In this document: positions 8,814-19,580 of the stretch, in pieces
Layout: the number at the start of each line of letters is the position of its first letter
Position numbering within the stretch: the first letter of the stretch is position 1
NCBI GenBank assembly: GCA_963763775.1
Contig: CAVXPZ010000004.1
Location: 263,451 to 327,450, forward strand
Reading direction: 5' to 3'
DNA: 64,000 nt
Source of the DNA: an uncultured Chloroflexia bacterium
GTDB taxonomy: Bacteria; Chloroflexota; Limnocylindria; Limnocylindrales; CSP1-4
Notes under the pieces: model-generated
Seen by the model: the letters and a program-made list of their open reading frames with translations, nothing else
What the model was told of the DNA's origin: nothing
Databases searched by the model: none
Program-made: the position numbers and the translations under genes

Positions 8814-11679
8814 ATGTCGCGGGACCGCCTCCTCGGCCGGACCGAGGAACTCGCCATCATCGAAGCGTTCCTCGGGGCCATCCCCGGTGGTGCGCATGCC
8901 CTCGTCATCTCCGGCGAGGCCGGCATCGGCAAATCCGTCCTCTGGGAGGAGGCCGCCGCCCACGCTCGCGCCCGGACCGACCTCACCGTTCTGACCGCCC
9001 GCGCCACCGAGTCCGAGAGCGGCCTTGCCCACGTCACGCTGACCGACCTGTTCGGGGCCTGGGTGTCAGCCGAGCCACCCGCGCTGCCCGAGCCGCAACG
9101 CGACGCACTCGATGCCGCGCTGCTGCGCGGGCCGGCGACGACGCCACCCGACCCGCGAACCATCGGGACCGCCGTCCTCTCGACGCTCCGCCAAGCCGCC
9201 GATCGAGGACCGGTGGCACTGCTGATCGACGATGTCCAGTGGGTCGACGCGGCCTCGGCAGAGGCGCTCGCGTTCGCGATCCGGCGCCTCGCTGACAGCG
9301 CCGGTCGCCGTGATCCTCGCGATCCGCACGACGCCTGGTGCGACCCCGATCGCCCTGGCCGAACCAGTGGTCGCCCGAGGCGGCGTCACCGAGCTCCGGC
9401 TCGGGCCGGTCTCGCTCGGCGTGCTGCACCAGCTCGTCCTCGAGCGGGTCGGGACGGCGCTCACCCGACCGCAGGTCACGCGGCTTGAGGCGGCGTCGAG
9501 CGGCAATCCCCTTGTGGCGATCGAGATCGCCCGCGAACTGGCGCGGCGCGAGACCTGGCCCCTGCCCGGCGAACCGATGCCGATCCCGGCGTCCGCGTCC
9601 GCCCTCCTGGAGGAACGCATCGGGCGCATGTCTGCGGGCGATCGCGAGGTCCTGTTCGCCGTCGCGGCGACGGCCGTCCCGACCGTCGGCCAGGTGCGGC
9701 TGGTCGTCGCCGAGGCCGATATGCCACTGGAGCACGCCCGGTCGGAAGGCCTCATCGAGGTCGACGGGCACGACCGGATCCACTTCATCCACCCCCTGAT
9801 GGCGTCGGCCGCGTTGCTCGCCATCCCCGTCTCGGAGCGTCGCCGTCTCCATGCCCGGCTCGCCGAGATCGCCACGACCCTAGAAGACCGGGGAAGACAC
9901 CTCGCGCTGGCCACGGATCCGCCGTCCGCGGACGCCGCCGCCGCGCTCGATGCCGCCGCCACCTCGGCCCGATCCCGCGGCGCGACGGCCGTCGCCGCGG
10001 AGTGGGCCGAGCGGGCAGTCGCGATGACGCCGTCCGACGACCGAGCGGCGTGGACCGCCCGCGCGACCCGGGCGGGTCGCTGGCTGGCGGAGGCAGGGGA
10101 GATCGGACGCGCCCGGACGCTCCTGACGGAGGCGATGCCATCGATGCCGGCGGGCGATGGCCGGGCAGCCGCGAGGCTCGTGCTGGCCCAGATGGTCGCC
10201 TGGGAAGGCGAGGCCGAGGCCGCGCTGATGTGGTGCGAGGCGGGACTGGAGGAGGCCGTCGATGCGGCGCTGCGCGCACGACTCCTGTTGCGCATCGCAT
10301 TCCAGACCGAGGACCTGGACACGTCCCGGGCGATCGAGGCCACCGAAGCAGCGATCGCGGAGCTCGACGGCCCGGCCGGCGACGCCGAGCCGGACCTCCT
10401 TGCCTGCGCGCTGTTGCAGGTGGCGACCCTCCGACTCGCCACGGGCGCCTGGATCGACCGGCCATCGGTCGAGCGCGGGATCGCGCTCCTCGGGCCGGCG
10501 CCCCGCCTGTCGCCCGACGGCGACGAGCTGCCAGAGAGCCTGCGCGCCCACGCCATGGTGTGGGCGCGTGCCGTGGATCTTGACGACCTCGCCGGCGGGT
10601 TCGCGTTGCAGCAGGCCGAACGGGAACGGAACCTCGCGCGAGGGTTGGACCGGGCCCTGCCGGTGGTCATCGGGGAGATGACGATGACCGCGCTTTGGAT
10701 GGGCGACTGGTCCGAGGCCACGACTCGCGCCGACGAAGCTCGCGCCATGGTCGGCCAGACCGGGGCCACGACGCAGGCGCGGAGCGCTGCGCTGGCCGCG
10801 CGCGCCTTCGTCGATGCGTATCGAGGGAACCTGGCCGCAGCGGAGACCGGCGCCAGGGCCGGCCTCGAGCTGTCGGCCGACGCGGGCGATTGGCTCAAGG
10901 CGCGCCACGTCGCCGTGCTGGGGTTCCTGGCGTTGACGCGTGGCGAGGCGGCGGACGCGGCCACGATCCTGGGCACGCTCTTCGACGAGTTCCGGGCCGG
11001 CGGCAATCGCGAGATGCTCGGCCATCGGTTCGTGGGCGACCTCATCGACGCGGCCGCTGCGGCGGGCGACATCGATCGGCTCCGGACGGTCACGGAGTCG
11101 CTCGCCACGTCCGAGTCGGCGGTGCCTCGGCCTTGGATCCGGACGATGGCCGCCCGCGGGCGAGCCCTTCTGACCGCCGCCGACGGCGATCTGGACGGCG
11201 CGATGACGGCCATCGAGGCCGCCCTCGAGCATGCCGACACCCTGCCGATGCCGTTCGAGCACGCCCGGACCGAGCTCATCGCGGGTCGGATCGCGCGACG
11301 CCGGAAGGAACGGCGTCGGGCCACGGACCACCTCGAGCGGGCACAGGCCACGTTCGCCGATCTCGGGTCGGCGCCGTGGGTGGCGATCGCGTCGGCAGAG
11401 ATGGCCCGGACCGGCCGTCGGGCGGCCGCGACCGATGCCCTCACCGAGACCGAGGAACGGGTCGCCCGTCTGGCGGCCAGCGGCCTGACCAACCGCGAGG
11501 TCGGCGAGGCGGCGTTCCTGACGCCGAAGAGCGTCGAAGGCGTGCTGGCACGGGTGTATAGCAAGCTCGGGATCCGATCGCGAGCCGAGCTCGGGGCGTG
11601 GCTGGCCGCGCATCCGGATGCCCAAGACCACCGATCGGAGGCCCCCGACCCGGCTGAGGCGCCCGGGCCCGTGGGCTGA
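8814..11679 (+). CDS. LAL/MalT-like large ATP-binding LuxR-family regulator, reading frame broken once
   Basis: The Walker A motif (GEAGIGKS) and Walker B motif (LLIDDVQWVD) are in ORF 8814..9488. The continuation (PVAVILAIRT...), TPR-like repeats and the C-terminal LuxR HTH (LTNREVGEAAFLTPKSVEGVLARVYSKLG) are in ORF 9232..11679. The switch is near 9298-9303. Confidence 0.85.
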
Positions 11680-11763
11680 CGGGACCGGGATTCCCCCGTT
11701 TCGCCGGCGGGTGCCGCTGGCCTAGCGTCGGCGTCGTCGACCCCGCCGCACCCGGAGGCCTCG

Positions 11764-12780
11764 ATGGCTCGCCAGTCCCGTCTTCTCGTCGGTCTCACGT
11801 CCCTGGTCGCGATCGCGGTCCTCGGCGGCTGCGTCGCCTCGGGCCCGTCCGGATCCGCGTTCGCGTCAGCCCCGTCGGCCGCTGCGTCCGGCCAGACGTC
11901 CGCGACCGCCCCCGCCCCGGCCGCCTCACCGGCGGCATCGGCATCGACGACTGCGGCCTCGCCGACCCAGGTCGCGCTCGACATCGACGTCGGTGGGCGG
12001 ACGCTCCACCTGTTCTGCATCGGCGACGCGCCCTCCGGCGTACCGACCGTGATCGGCGAGGGCGGCCTCGAGGGCGACTCGCGCACCTGGAACGCGATCT
12101 TCTACGAGGTCGCCGCGAGGACCCGCATCTGCGCGTACGACCGCGCCGGCCTCAACCAGAGCCAGCCGGCACCCGAGACGTCGCGGACGACGCAGGACTC
12201 CGTCGACGACCTCGCCAAGCTCATCGTCGGGGCGAAGCTCAAGGGTCCGTTCGTCTTCGTCGGCCACTCGAGCGGTGCCTGGAACGTGGCCCTCTTCGCG
12301 AGCCAGCACCCGGACGAGGTGGCCGGCGTCGTCCTCGCCGACCCGCGCGGACCGCACGTGTCCGGCGCATGGCTCAAGGCCCTCCCGGCGAAGGCGACCG
12401 GCGAGCCCGAGGCCGTGCGTCTCAACCGCGAGGAACTGACCGTGTTCGAGACCGACCCGAGCCTCAACGAGGAGCACGTCGATCTGCGGGCGAGCCAGGC
12501 CGAGGCGAATGCCGTCCTCGATCGGAAGGCGCCGCTCTTCGGCGACCACGCGCTGGTGGTGATGAGCGCGGCGCACACGCCGGACTCGTGGTCCGACCTG
12601 CCAGAGGCGCTGAGGACCACGTTCGACCGGATCTGGTTCGACGGGCAGAAGGCACTCCTCAAGGAGTCGACCCGGAGCGAGTTCGAGACCATCGACGACA
12701 GCGACCACGACCTGCCCGGTATGCGCCCGGACGCGGTGTCGGCGGCGATCCTCAGGGTGCTCGACGAGGTCGGCTCGTGA
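11764..12780 (+). CDS. secreted alpha/beta hydrolase lipoprotein
   Basis: Lipobox (VLGGC) and nucleophile elbow FVGHSSGAW. Confidence 0.8.
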   Translation: MARQSRLLVGLTSLVAIAVLGGCVASGPSGSAFASAPSAAASGQTSATAPAPAASPAASASTTAASPTQVALDIDVGGRTLHLFCIGDAPSGVPTVIGEGGLEGDSRTWNAIFYEVAARTRICAYDRAGLNQSQPAPETSRTTQDSVDDLAKLIVGAKLKGPFVFVGHSSGAWNVALFASQHPDEVAGVVLADPRGPHVSGAWLKALPAKATGEPEAVRLNREELTVFETDPSLNEEHVDLRASQAEANAVLDRKAPLFGDHALVVMSAAHTPDSWSDLPEALRTTFDRIWFDGQKALLKESTRSEFETIDDSDHDLPGMRPDAVSAAILRVLDEVGS

Positions 12781-13061
12781 CGAACGCGGCTGCGGGGGGC
12801 GGGCGTGCGCCTGCAGCATCGGCCTTCCTCGCCGAACGGTACTGGCCCGGCGTCACCGTACCGGCGGCCGCCGCGGCCACCGCGCGGCTCGCCGGGCCCG
12901 CGGCCAGGGTCATCGAGACCATCGTTGCGACGGGCGACGAGGTCTGCCTCTGGGTCGTCGAGGCCTCATCCGAAGACGCGGTCGACGCGGCCTTCCGGGC
13001 GGCGGACATCCCGCTCCACCGGATCAGTCCGGCCGTGCGCATCGATGGCAGCCGTCGCTGA
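12777..13061 (+). CDS. DUF4242-like small protein
   Basis: GTGA overlap with the upstream stop. FLAERYWPG...DEVCLWVVEASSEDAV...IPLHRISPAV resembles DUF4242. Confidence 0.5.
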   Translation: MTNAAAGGGRAPAASAFLAERYWPGVTVPAAAAATARLAGPAARVIETIVATGDEVCLWVVEASSEDAVDAAFRAADIPLHRISPAVRIDGSRR

Positions 13062-13376
13062 TCGCTGACCGCGCCGCGACCCGATCCCTGCCAGATGCCA
13101 ACCAGGCGGGCATCGGTCAGGACGATCGGACTGACGGATCGCCCGGTCACGGCCGAGGATCAGCCCGCTGATGCGAAACCGTGCGGGGTCGCGCATCACC
13201 GGACGGCGTATGCCCTCGACCAGCCGGTCGTCGGCCACTGACGATGGCTCTCCTGAGTGGCATCTGGCAGAAACGCCGCCGGGGCGCCCCGACAGCCACG
13301 CCCCGACGGCCACCGAGCACCCCCGCCGTCACCACGATACCGAACAGATGTACGATATCAACCCTGTGCACGACCC

Positions 13377-13482
13377 GTGGACAAGCCACTCCCCGCCGGT
13401 GGACAACCCCACCACGCGACCGTGGACGATCCGCCCGGAACGGTGGACGAACCGGCCCTGAGCGTGGGCTGAGCGTGGATGA
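13377..13482 (+). promoter_or_regulatory. phased direct-repeat array of DnaA-box-like octamers
   Basis: GTGGACAA at 13377 and 13399, GTGGACGA at 13422 and 13443, GTGGGCTG at 13464 and GTGGATGA at 13475. All are in the same orientation, and the first five starts are 21-23 bp apart. Confidence 0.4.
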
Positions 13483-13499
13483 GCACGAAACGCTCGAAA

Positions 13500-13548
13500 C
13501 CACCACATCTAGCGGCTGGCCACCCGAACGTACCACTACATCTTGTGT
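13500..13548 (+). promoter_or_regulatory. two NrdR-box-like 16-mers
   Basis: CCACCACATCTAGCGG (13500-13515) and CCACTACATCTTGTGT (13533-13548) were compared with the palindromic NrdR consensus acaCwAtATaTwgtgt. The distal box matches at 10 of 16 positions and the proximal box at 13 of 16. They are 33 bp apart. Confidence 0.45.
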
Positions 13549-13556
13549 TTTCGGGC

Positions 13557-13585
13557 TTGACTGTGCGACCCGACCAGCGTAACGT
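13557..13585 (+). promoter_or_regulatory. putative nrdJ promoter
   Basis: TTGACT, a 17 nt spacer, then TAACGT, about 165 nt upstream of the nrdJ ATG. Confidence 0.35.
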
Positions 13586-13749
13586 TCTTGGGGTCGCCTG
13601 ATCACACCGAGACGCCCACACTCGCTCCCGCCGGCCCCACTCGCCGGTCCGGAGTGGCCCCCAGGATCACCTCGGCTACCACGACGACAAGCGAAACGCG
13701 GCAGCTACACGAGCCGACCGCGGATGGACGGACGGAGGAGAGAGCAACG

Positions 13750-16700
13750 ATGGCGCGAGGCAACGGCAGCACGGTCCCGGTCATGGCCCAGGCAAGCGGC
13801 GAAGCGGCGGCGACACAGACGCCCGCCAAGACCCCCAAGACCAAGACCGTCGGCCGTCATGCCGGCCCGTGGGGCGCCTCCTTCGACGGCACCGAGCCGG
13901 ACGGCAAGACCGCCGTCAAGGGCCTGACCTTCGAGCGCCGCTGGACCCGCCCGGGCATCCATCCCTACGACGAGATCACCTGGGAGTACCGGACCGCCGG
14001 CATCGCCAACGAGACCGGCAAGTCCGTCTTCGAGCAGAAGGACGTCGAGGTCCCCGACTTCTGGTCGCAGCTCGCCGTCAACGTCGTCGTCAGCAAGTAC
14101 TTCCGCGGCCACCTCGGCACGCCGGAGCGCGAGACCAGCGTCCGCCAGCTCATCGACCGCGTCGTCAACACCATCGCGGGCTGGGCCGAGACCCAGCACT
14201 ACTTCGCGACGGACGAGGACCTCAAGGCGTTCCAGGCGGAGCTCACCCACCTGATCGTCCACCAGAAGATGGCGTTCAACTCGCCGGTCTGGTTCAACGT
14301 CGGCATCGAGGCCCAGCCGCAGTGCTCGGCCTGCTTCATCAACTCGGTCCAGGACACGATGTCCTCGATCATGGACCTCGCCAAGACCGAGGCGATGCTC
14401 TTCAAGTTCGGCTCCGGCGCGGGCAGCAACCTGTCCCCGATCCGCTCGAGCCACGAGAAGATGGCCGGCGGCGGCACCGCCTCGGGCCCCGTCTCCTTCA
14501 TGAAGGGCTACGACGCGTTCGCGGGCGTCGTGAAGTCGGGCGGCAAGACCCGGCGCGCGGCGAAGATGGTCATCCTCGACGCCGATCATCCGGACGTCCT
14601 CGAGTTCATCGATTCGAAGGCGCACGAGGAGCAGAAGGCCTGGGCCCTCATCGAGGCCGGCTACGACCCCTCGTTCACCGGTGAGGCCTACGGCAGCGTC
14701 TTCTTCCAGAACGCGAACCACAGCGTCCGCGTGACCGACGACTTCATGAACGCGGTCGTCGAGGACAAGGACTGGACCACGCACGCGGTCGTCGGCGGCG
14801 AGCCGATGGACACGTACAAGGCCCGCGACATCTTCCGCAAGATGGCCGACGCGGCCTGGATCTGCGGCGACCCGGGCATCCAGTACGACACCACCATCAA
14901 CGACTGGCACACCTCGGCCAACACGGACCGCATCTACGCGAGCAACCCGTGCTCCGAGTACATGTTCCTCAACGACACCGCGTGCAACCTCGCGTCGCTG
15001 AACCTCATGAAGTTCGTGAACGCGGACGGCGAGTTCGACCCCGAGGCGTATCGCTACGCGGCCAAGCTGACGCTGACGGCGCAGGAGATCCTCGTCGACA
15101 ACGCGAGCTATCCCACGCCGCGCATCGAGGAGAACAGCCACAAGTTCCGCCCGCTCGGGCTGGGGTACGCCAACCTCGGCGCCCTGCTCATGAGCCGCGG
15201 CCTGGCCTACGACTCGGACGAGGGCCGCAACTTCGCCGCCACGCTGACCGCGATCATGCACGGCGAGGCGTACAAGCAGTCCGCGATCATCGCCCGCGAC
15301 CACGGCGGCCCGTTCGTGTCCTACAAGGAGAACGAGGCGCCGTTCCTGCGGGTCATCAAGAAGCACCGCACGGCCGCCTACCAGATCCCGACCAACGGCG
15401 TGCCCAAGGACCTGCTCCGCCACGCCACCGAGGTCTACGACCAGGCGCTCCAGCTCGGCGAGCAGTACGGCTACCGCAACGCGCAGGTCACCGTGCTCGC
15501 GCCCACGGGCACCATCGCCTTCATGATGGATTGCGATACGACCGGCGTGGAGCCGGACATCGCGCTCATCAAGTACAAGAAGCTCGTCGGCGAGGGCTAC
15601 CTCAAGATCGTCAACCAGACCGTCCCCGCGGCCCTGCGCAAGCTCGGCTACGGCGCCGAGGAGGTCGACGAGATCCTCGCCTACCTGACCGAGCGCGAGA
15701 CCATCGAGGGCGCGCCGCACATCAAGCCCCAGCACCTGCCGGTCTTCGACTGCGCGTTCAAGCCGGCCAACGGCGAGCGGTCCATCCACTACATGGGCCA
15801 CGTCCGGATGATGGGCGCGATCCAGCCGTTCATCAGCGGCGCGATCAGCAAGACCGTGAACATGCCCGAGGCCGCCACGGCCGAGGAGATCGAGAAGGTC
15901 TACCTCGAGGGCTGGAAGCTCGGCCTCAAGGCGATCGCGGTCTACCGCGACAACTCCAAGCGCAGCCAGCCGCTCTCGACCAAGAAGCTCGAGGGCGACG
16001 CCAGCGTCTCGACGGCGGCCGTCAGCGAGGAGCTCGAGAAGCTCCAGAAGCAGCTCGCGCGAGCCCAGGCCGAGGCGGCCCTGCCGCATCGACGCCGGCT
16101 CCCGTCCGAGCGGACCGCGGTCACCCACAAGTTCGAGATCTCCGGCCACGAGGGCTACATCACCGTCGGCCTCTACCCGGACGGCCAGCCCGGCGAGATC
16201 TTCCTCAAGATGGCCAAGGAAGGGTCCACGGTCAGCGGCCTCATGGACTCGTTCGCGACGACCGTCTCGGTGGCGCTCCAGTACGGCGTGCCGCTCAAGG
16301 ACCTCGTGAACAAGTTCGCGCACGTCCGCTTCGAGCCGATCGGGCTTCACCGGCAACCAGGAGATCCCGATCGCGAAGTCGATCGTGGACTACATCTTCC
16401 GCTGGCTCGGGTCGCGGTTCCTGACGGACGACGACAAGGCCAACCTCGGACTCATCGACCGGTCCGCGGTCGTGGACGACGTGCCGGCCAACCCGCTCGC
16501 GGCGGGCATCGCGGCCTTCACCTCGTCGGCCCCGGCTGACGCGGTCGCCGAGACTCCGGCGCCGCCGGCACCCGCCACCGAGGCCAAGAGCGACGAGACC
16601 GATACCCCGAAGGCGACCGCCGTCGCGGCCGCACCCGAGGTCGCGGAGCCAGCGCCCAAGGCCGAGCTCGCGGTCGTCGCGACCAACGGCCACACGAATG

Positions 16701-16893
16701 GGCACGCCGCCAACGGCAACGGGAACGGCCACGGCGCCGCCGCGCCGATCACCCTGAACCTGGGCGGCCAGAAGGTCAGCTTCCAGACCCAGGCCGACGC
16801 CCCCAGCTGCGCCGACTGCGGCTCGATCATGGTCCGCAACGGCAGTCGTGCTACAAGTGCCTCAACTGCGGGAGCACTTCGGGTTGTAGCTGA
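13750..16893 (+). CDS. nrdJ: class II (adenosylcobalamin-dependent) ribonucleoside-diphosphate reductase, long form, reading frame broken twice
   Basis: ATG at 13750 follows GGAGGAG. The body is in ORF 13588..16539. Frame change 1 is at the GGG run 16342-16344 (FEPIG|FTGNQEIPIAKSIVDYIFRWL). Frame change 2 is near 16844-16848, restoring the C-terminal zinc ribbon CADCGS...CYKCLNCGSTSGCS with its stop at 16891-16893. Confidence 0.95.
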
Positions 16894-16913
16894 GGTCCAT
16901 CTCGACGGACGTG

Positions 16914-16940
16914 AAAGCCCAGCCGGATCGGCTGGGCTTT
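16914..16940 (+). terminator. rho-independent-type terminator of nrdJ
   Basis: Perfect 12 bp stem AAAGCCCAGCCG-GAT-CGGCTGGGCTTT, followed by CTTC. Confidence 0.75.
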
Positions 16941-16977
16941 CTTCGTGGGGTCAGCTCGGGCGCGAGGCCCGACGTGA

Positions 16978-17559
16978 CTAGCGATCGACCTTGGCGCAGT
17001 CCGCGACGCCGGCCGCGATCGCGTCGTTGAGCAGCGCGGCCTGCGTCTGGACGCCCTTCGCGTAGTCGGCCGCGAAGGTCGCGGTGTCGCCGCTGTTCGC
17101 GGCCGTGATCTGCTCGGCGTTCAGGTCGACGTGCCGCTGGATGTCGGCCACGAGTGACGACCAGGCCGACTGTGCCGATGGCGGCGCGCCGAGCGCCTGC
17201 ATCTCGCTCAGCCAGGTGCGGAACGTCTGGTCGGTCTTCATCAGGAATGCCGCGACGGCGGCGAACTTCGATGCGTCCGGTTTCGTCGGGTTGAAGCTCG
17301 GGACCGGGAAGGACCCCTCGGCGTCCTTGAGCTCCCGGGCATGGGCGCATGCCGCGAGCGCCTTGGTCGCGAAGTCGCTGCCGACCGCTGGGGAGCCACC
17401 CGGCGAAGCCGCGCTCCCCGAGCAACCGGCGACCGCGATGGCACCGAGTGCGGCGATGGCGAAGGCCGTGCGGACGCGACCGAGACCGCGAGACGACCGG
17501 ATGGGCCGGTCGCCGACTCGTGGCGAACGGATCGACGGAGCTGGCGGGTCGTCGGACAT
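16978..17559 (-). CDS. putative lipoprotein
   Basis: ORF 16978..17586, probable start MSDDPP at 17559. Lipobox (AVAGC) followed by a helical domain. Confidence 0.6.
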   Translation of the reverse strand: MSDDPPAPSIRSPRVGDRPIRSSRGLGRVRTAFAIAALGAIAVAGCSGSAASPGGSPAVGSDFATKALAACAHARELKDAEGSFPVPSFNPTKPDASKFAAVAAFLMKTDQTFRTWLSEMQALGAPPSAQSAWSSLVADIQRHVDLNAEQITAANSGDTATFAADYAKGVQTQAALLNDAIAAGVADCAKVDR

Positions 17560-17649
17560 GCCCGCAGGGTATCGAGCCGCCGTCACGACACCGTCGCGGA
17601 CGTGGATGCGCTCAGGCGGCGCCGCGGGACACAGCCGTCTCGGCTCGCC

Positions 17650-17937
17650 TCAGGCGGCGGTCGCCTGCATGCGGTTGCGGCCCGAGAAGCCGCCGCCGGC
17701 CCACGTGAACAGGTCCATCGCCACGGCGATCGCCAGCCACACGAAGTCCAGGCCGGTGGCGCCGCCGGGGAACACGATCGTGTACATCAGCGTGGTCCAC
17801 GGCAGGAACAGGAAGCCCAGGAACGGCCCGATGAACGTGCCGAACGTGGCGCCCCAGCGGGCCGGCTCCAGGAGCCACCAAAGGACGATCGCGGCCCTCG
17901 GCCCGAACAGGAACAGCGTCGAGATGAGACAGCACAT
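17650..17937 (-). CDS. small integral membrane protein
   Basis: 95 aa with three hydrophobic segments rich in F, W and L. Unlike shadow ORFs, it is not R/P/G-rich. Confidence 0.5.
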   Translation of the reverse strand: MCCLISTLFLFGPRAAIVLWWLLEPARWGATFGTFIGPFLGFLFLPWTTLMYTIVFPGGATGLDFVWLAIAVAMDLFTWAGGGFSGRNRMQATAA

Positions 17938-17999
17938 CGAGGTGGGGGTCCTCCGGGTCGAACTGACGGTAGCCGTAGTGTAGGCGCCGTCCTCGTGGG

Positions 18000-18860
18000 C
18001 TACGGCTCGATCGTGATCGAGTCCAGCATCGTCTGGAGCTCGGCCTGGTCGGCCTCGGTGGTCCCCGCGTACGACGCGGCGTCGATGACGATCGGCGTGC
18101 CGTTCACGTCGACGACCCAGAGCCGGTGGAGTTCACCCGGCCCGAGGCCGGTCCGGACGTCACCGTTCGTGCCATCCCAGAGGAGGAGCTGGCCGGCGTC
18201 GCACTGGCTGAAGTCGAACCCGAGCAGGATCAGCGTCTCGAGGTATTGCGCCGGGTAGCCGGCGAAGGTGGTCGCCCGGGGTCGGATGGCGGCCGGCGCG
18301 AGCGGCGAGTTCGAGTAGGGCGGCATCCTCGGGTCCTGGCCCCACCAGTCGGCGAGGGCCTCTGCCTGGCCGGCCGCCGTCGCCATGAGCGCCGGATCGG
18401 CGACCACACCCGCCGCCCATCGGCACGGGAAGACCTGCACGTCCCGGAGGCTCCAGGCTCCGATGGACATCCCGGCCGGGGCCTCGCCGAGCCCCTTGAC
18501 GTACATCCCGTCCGTGGCCTCCTGCCATCCGCCCGGCAGGGCCATCGAGACCCGGAGCGGCAACTGGCCGTCCGGGACGAGCCGGACGGTGCCGGCCTCG
18601 GCGGGCATGGCGACGAAGGTGGGCAACGGCGTGGCGGACGGGTCGAGGCTCGGCGCGCCGGGGGTCGGCGATGGGCGTGGCGCGGGGGAGGGCTCGCTCG
18701 AGACAAGCCCGGAGGGCGCGGGCAGGACCGACGCCTCGAGGGCGAGCGACGGCACGACCTCGCTCGACGTCGGCCCCTTCGTCAGCAGCGCGAACGCGAC
18801 GAGGCCGACCCCCGCGAGGATCACCACGACCGGCCTCCAGCGACGGGGCCGGGCCGTCAC
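18000..18860 (-). CDS. membrane-anchored hypothetical protein
   Basis: N-terminal TM segment, P/S-rich linker and a globular C-terminal domain. High third-position GC. Confidence 0.6.
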   Translation of the reverse strand: MTARPRRWRPVVVILAGVGLVAFALLTKGPTSSEVVPSLALEASVLPAPSGLVSSEPSPAPRPSPTPGAPSLDPSATPLPTFVAMPAEAGTVRLVPDGQLPLRVSMALPGGWQEATDGMYVKGLGEAPAGMSIGAWSLRDVQVFPCRWAAGVVADPALMATAAGQAEALADWWGQDPRMPPYSNSPLAPAAIRPRATTFAGYPAQYLETLILLGFDFSQCDAGQLLLWDGTNGDVRTGLGPGELHRLWVVDVNGTPIVIDAASYAGTTEADQAELQTMLDSITIEP

Positions 18861-18940
18861 GCCCTGGAACGCGGCGCCCGGTCGGCGGCGGCCCCTCGAC
18901 CGGCTCTGGCGGATCCTGCTTCGTTGTCATCCGCCTCGCG

Positions 18941-19324
18941 CTACTTCGCGATCTCCCAGATGTGGCCCGCCGGGTCGGCGAAGCAGGCGGTCCGGATGCC
19001 CCACGGGCGGTCGATCGGCCCGTTGATGAGCGTCACGCCGCGACGTGCCAGCTCGGCGCACATCGCATCGACGTCGTCGACGGCGAGCGTGAACTGGTAC
19101 CGCGAACCGGCCTCGGGCGACGCGACGGTCGCCGGCGCGATGAGCTCGGGCGCCTCGCGTACGTCGAGCAGGTTGATCAGCGTGTCGCCGAACTTGAACA
19201 CGGCCGAGTTCGGGTCCTCGTAGTACACGGGGAGGCCGAAGACCTCGAGGTAGAACCGCTTCGTCGCCGCCAGGTCCTCGGCGAACAACGTGATGGCGCT
19301 GATGCCGCCCGGCCACGAACCCAT
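18941..19324 (-). CDS. VOC (glyoxalase/bleomycin-resistance/dioxygenase) family protein
   Basis: 127 aa from ATG 19324 (MGSWPGGISAITLFAEDL...). Ends with FADPAGHIWEIAK, typical of VOC proteins. Confidence 0.85.
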   Translation of the reverse strand: MGSWPGGISAITLFAEDLAATKRFYLEVFGLPVYYEDPNSAVFKFGDTLINLLDVREAPELIAPATVASPEAGSRYQFTLAVDDVDAMCAELARRGVTLINGPIDRPWGIRTACFADPAGHIWEIAK

Positions 19325-19580
19325 GCTCGGTCCCCTTCCCCGTTCCGCGGCGCGCGCTCTGGGCGCGCTCGTCGAGCCATCGTAAGGGGGCACGAAGGAT
19401 GCTGCCGCCATCGCCCGGCGCGACGGTCGACGGCTACGGCAGACTGACGCCATGACCGAAGTGGACGCGACCGCGGAGCCGTTCCCGCTGCGCGACCGCG
19501 GCCGGTCCGGACGCCAGCGCGGCCTGCGCCGCTTCGACGACCCGGCCGGCGCCTGACCCAAGTCACCAAGGAGGGCTTCG

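Noticed and set aside
9066-12086. 1006 aa minus-strand ORF, plus other long antisense ORFs (1873-3471, 3547-5292, 5357-6688, 13705-16356, 43887-45431, 48450-50228, 55829-57439 upper part)
   Set aside because: Each lies antisense or out of frame to a gene with clear family motifs. All are R/A/P/S/G-rich with no motifs. They are GC-driven open frames, not genes.
13300-13500. Chromosomal replication origin (DnaA-box cluster plus a less GC-rich stretch)
   Set aside because: No dnaA, dnaN or other origin-linked genes are nearby. The boxes are all in one orientation, and no clear AT-rich unwinding repeats are present. A regulatory or titration site upstream of nrdJ is more parsimonious. The origin idea is kept only as a low-probability alternative.
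13147-13750. Cobalamin riboswitch upstream of the B12-dependent RNR
   Set aside because: I could not find the B12-box or the conserved core helices. GCCACTCC at about 13385 is only a superficial resemblance. B12 riboswitches normally control B12-independent RNRs, not nrdJ.
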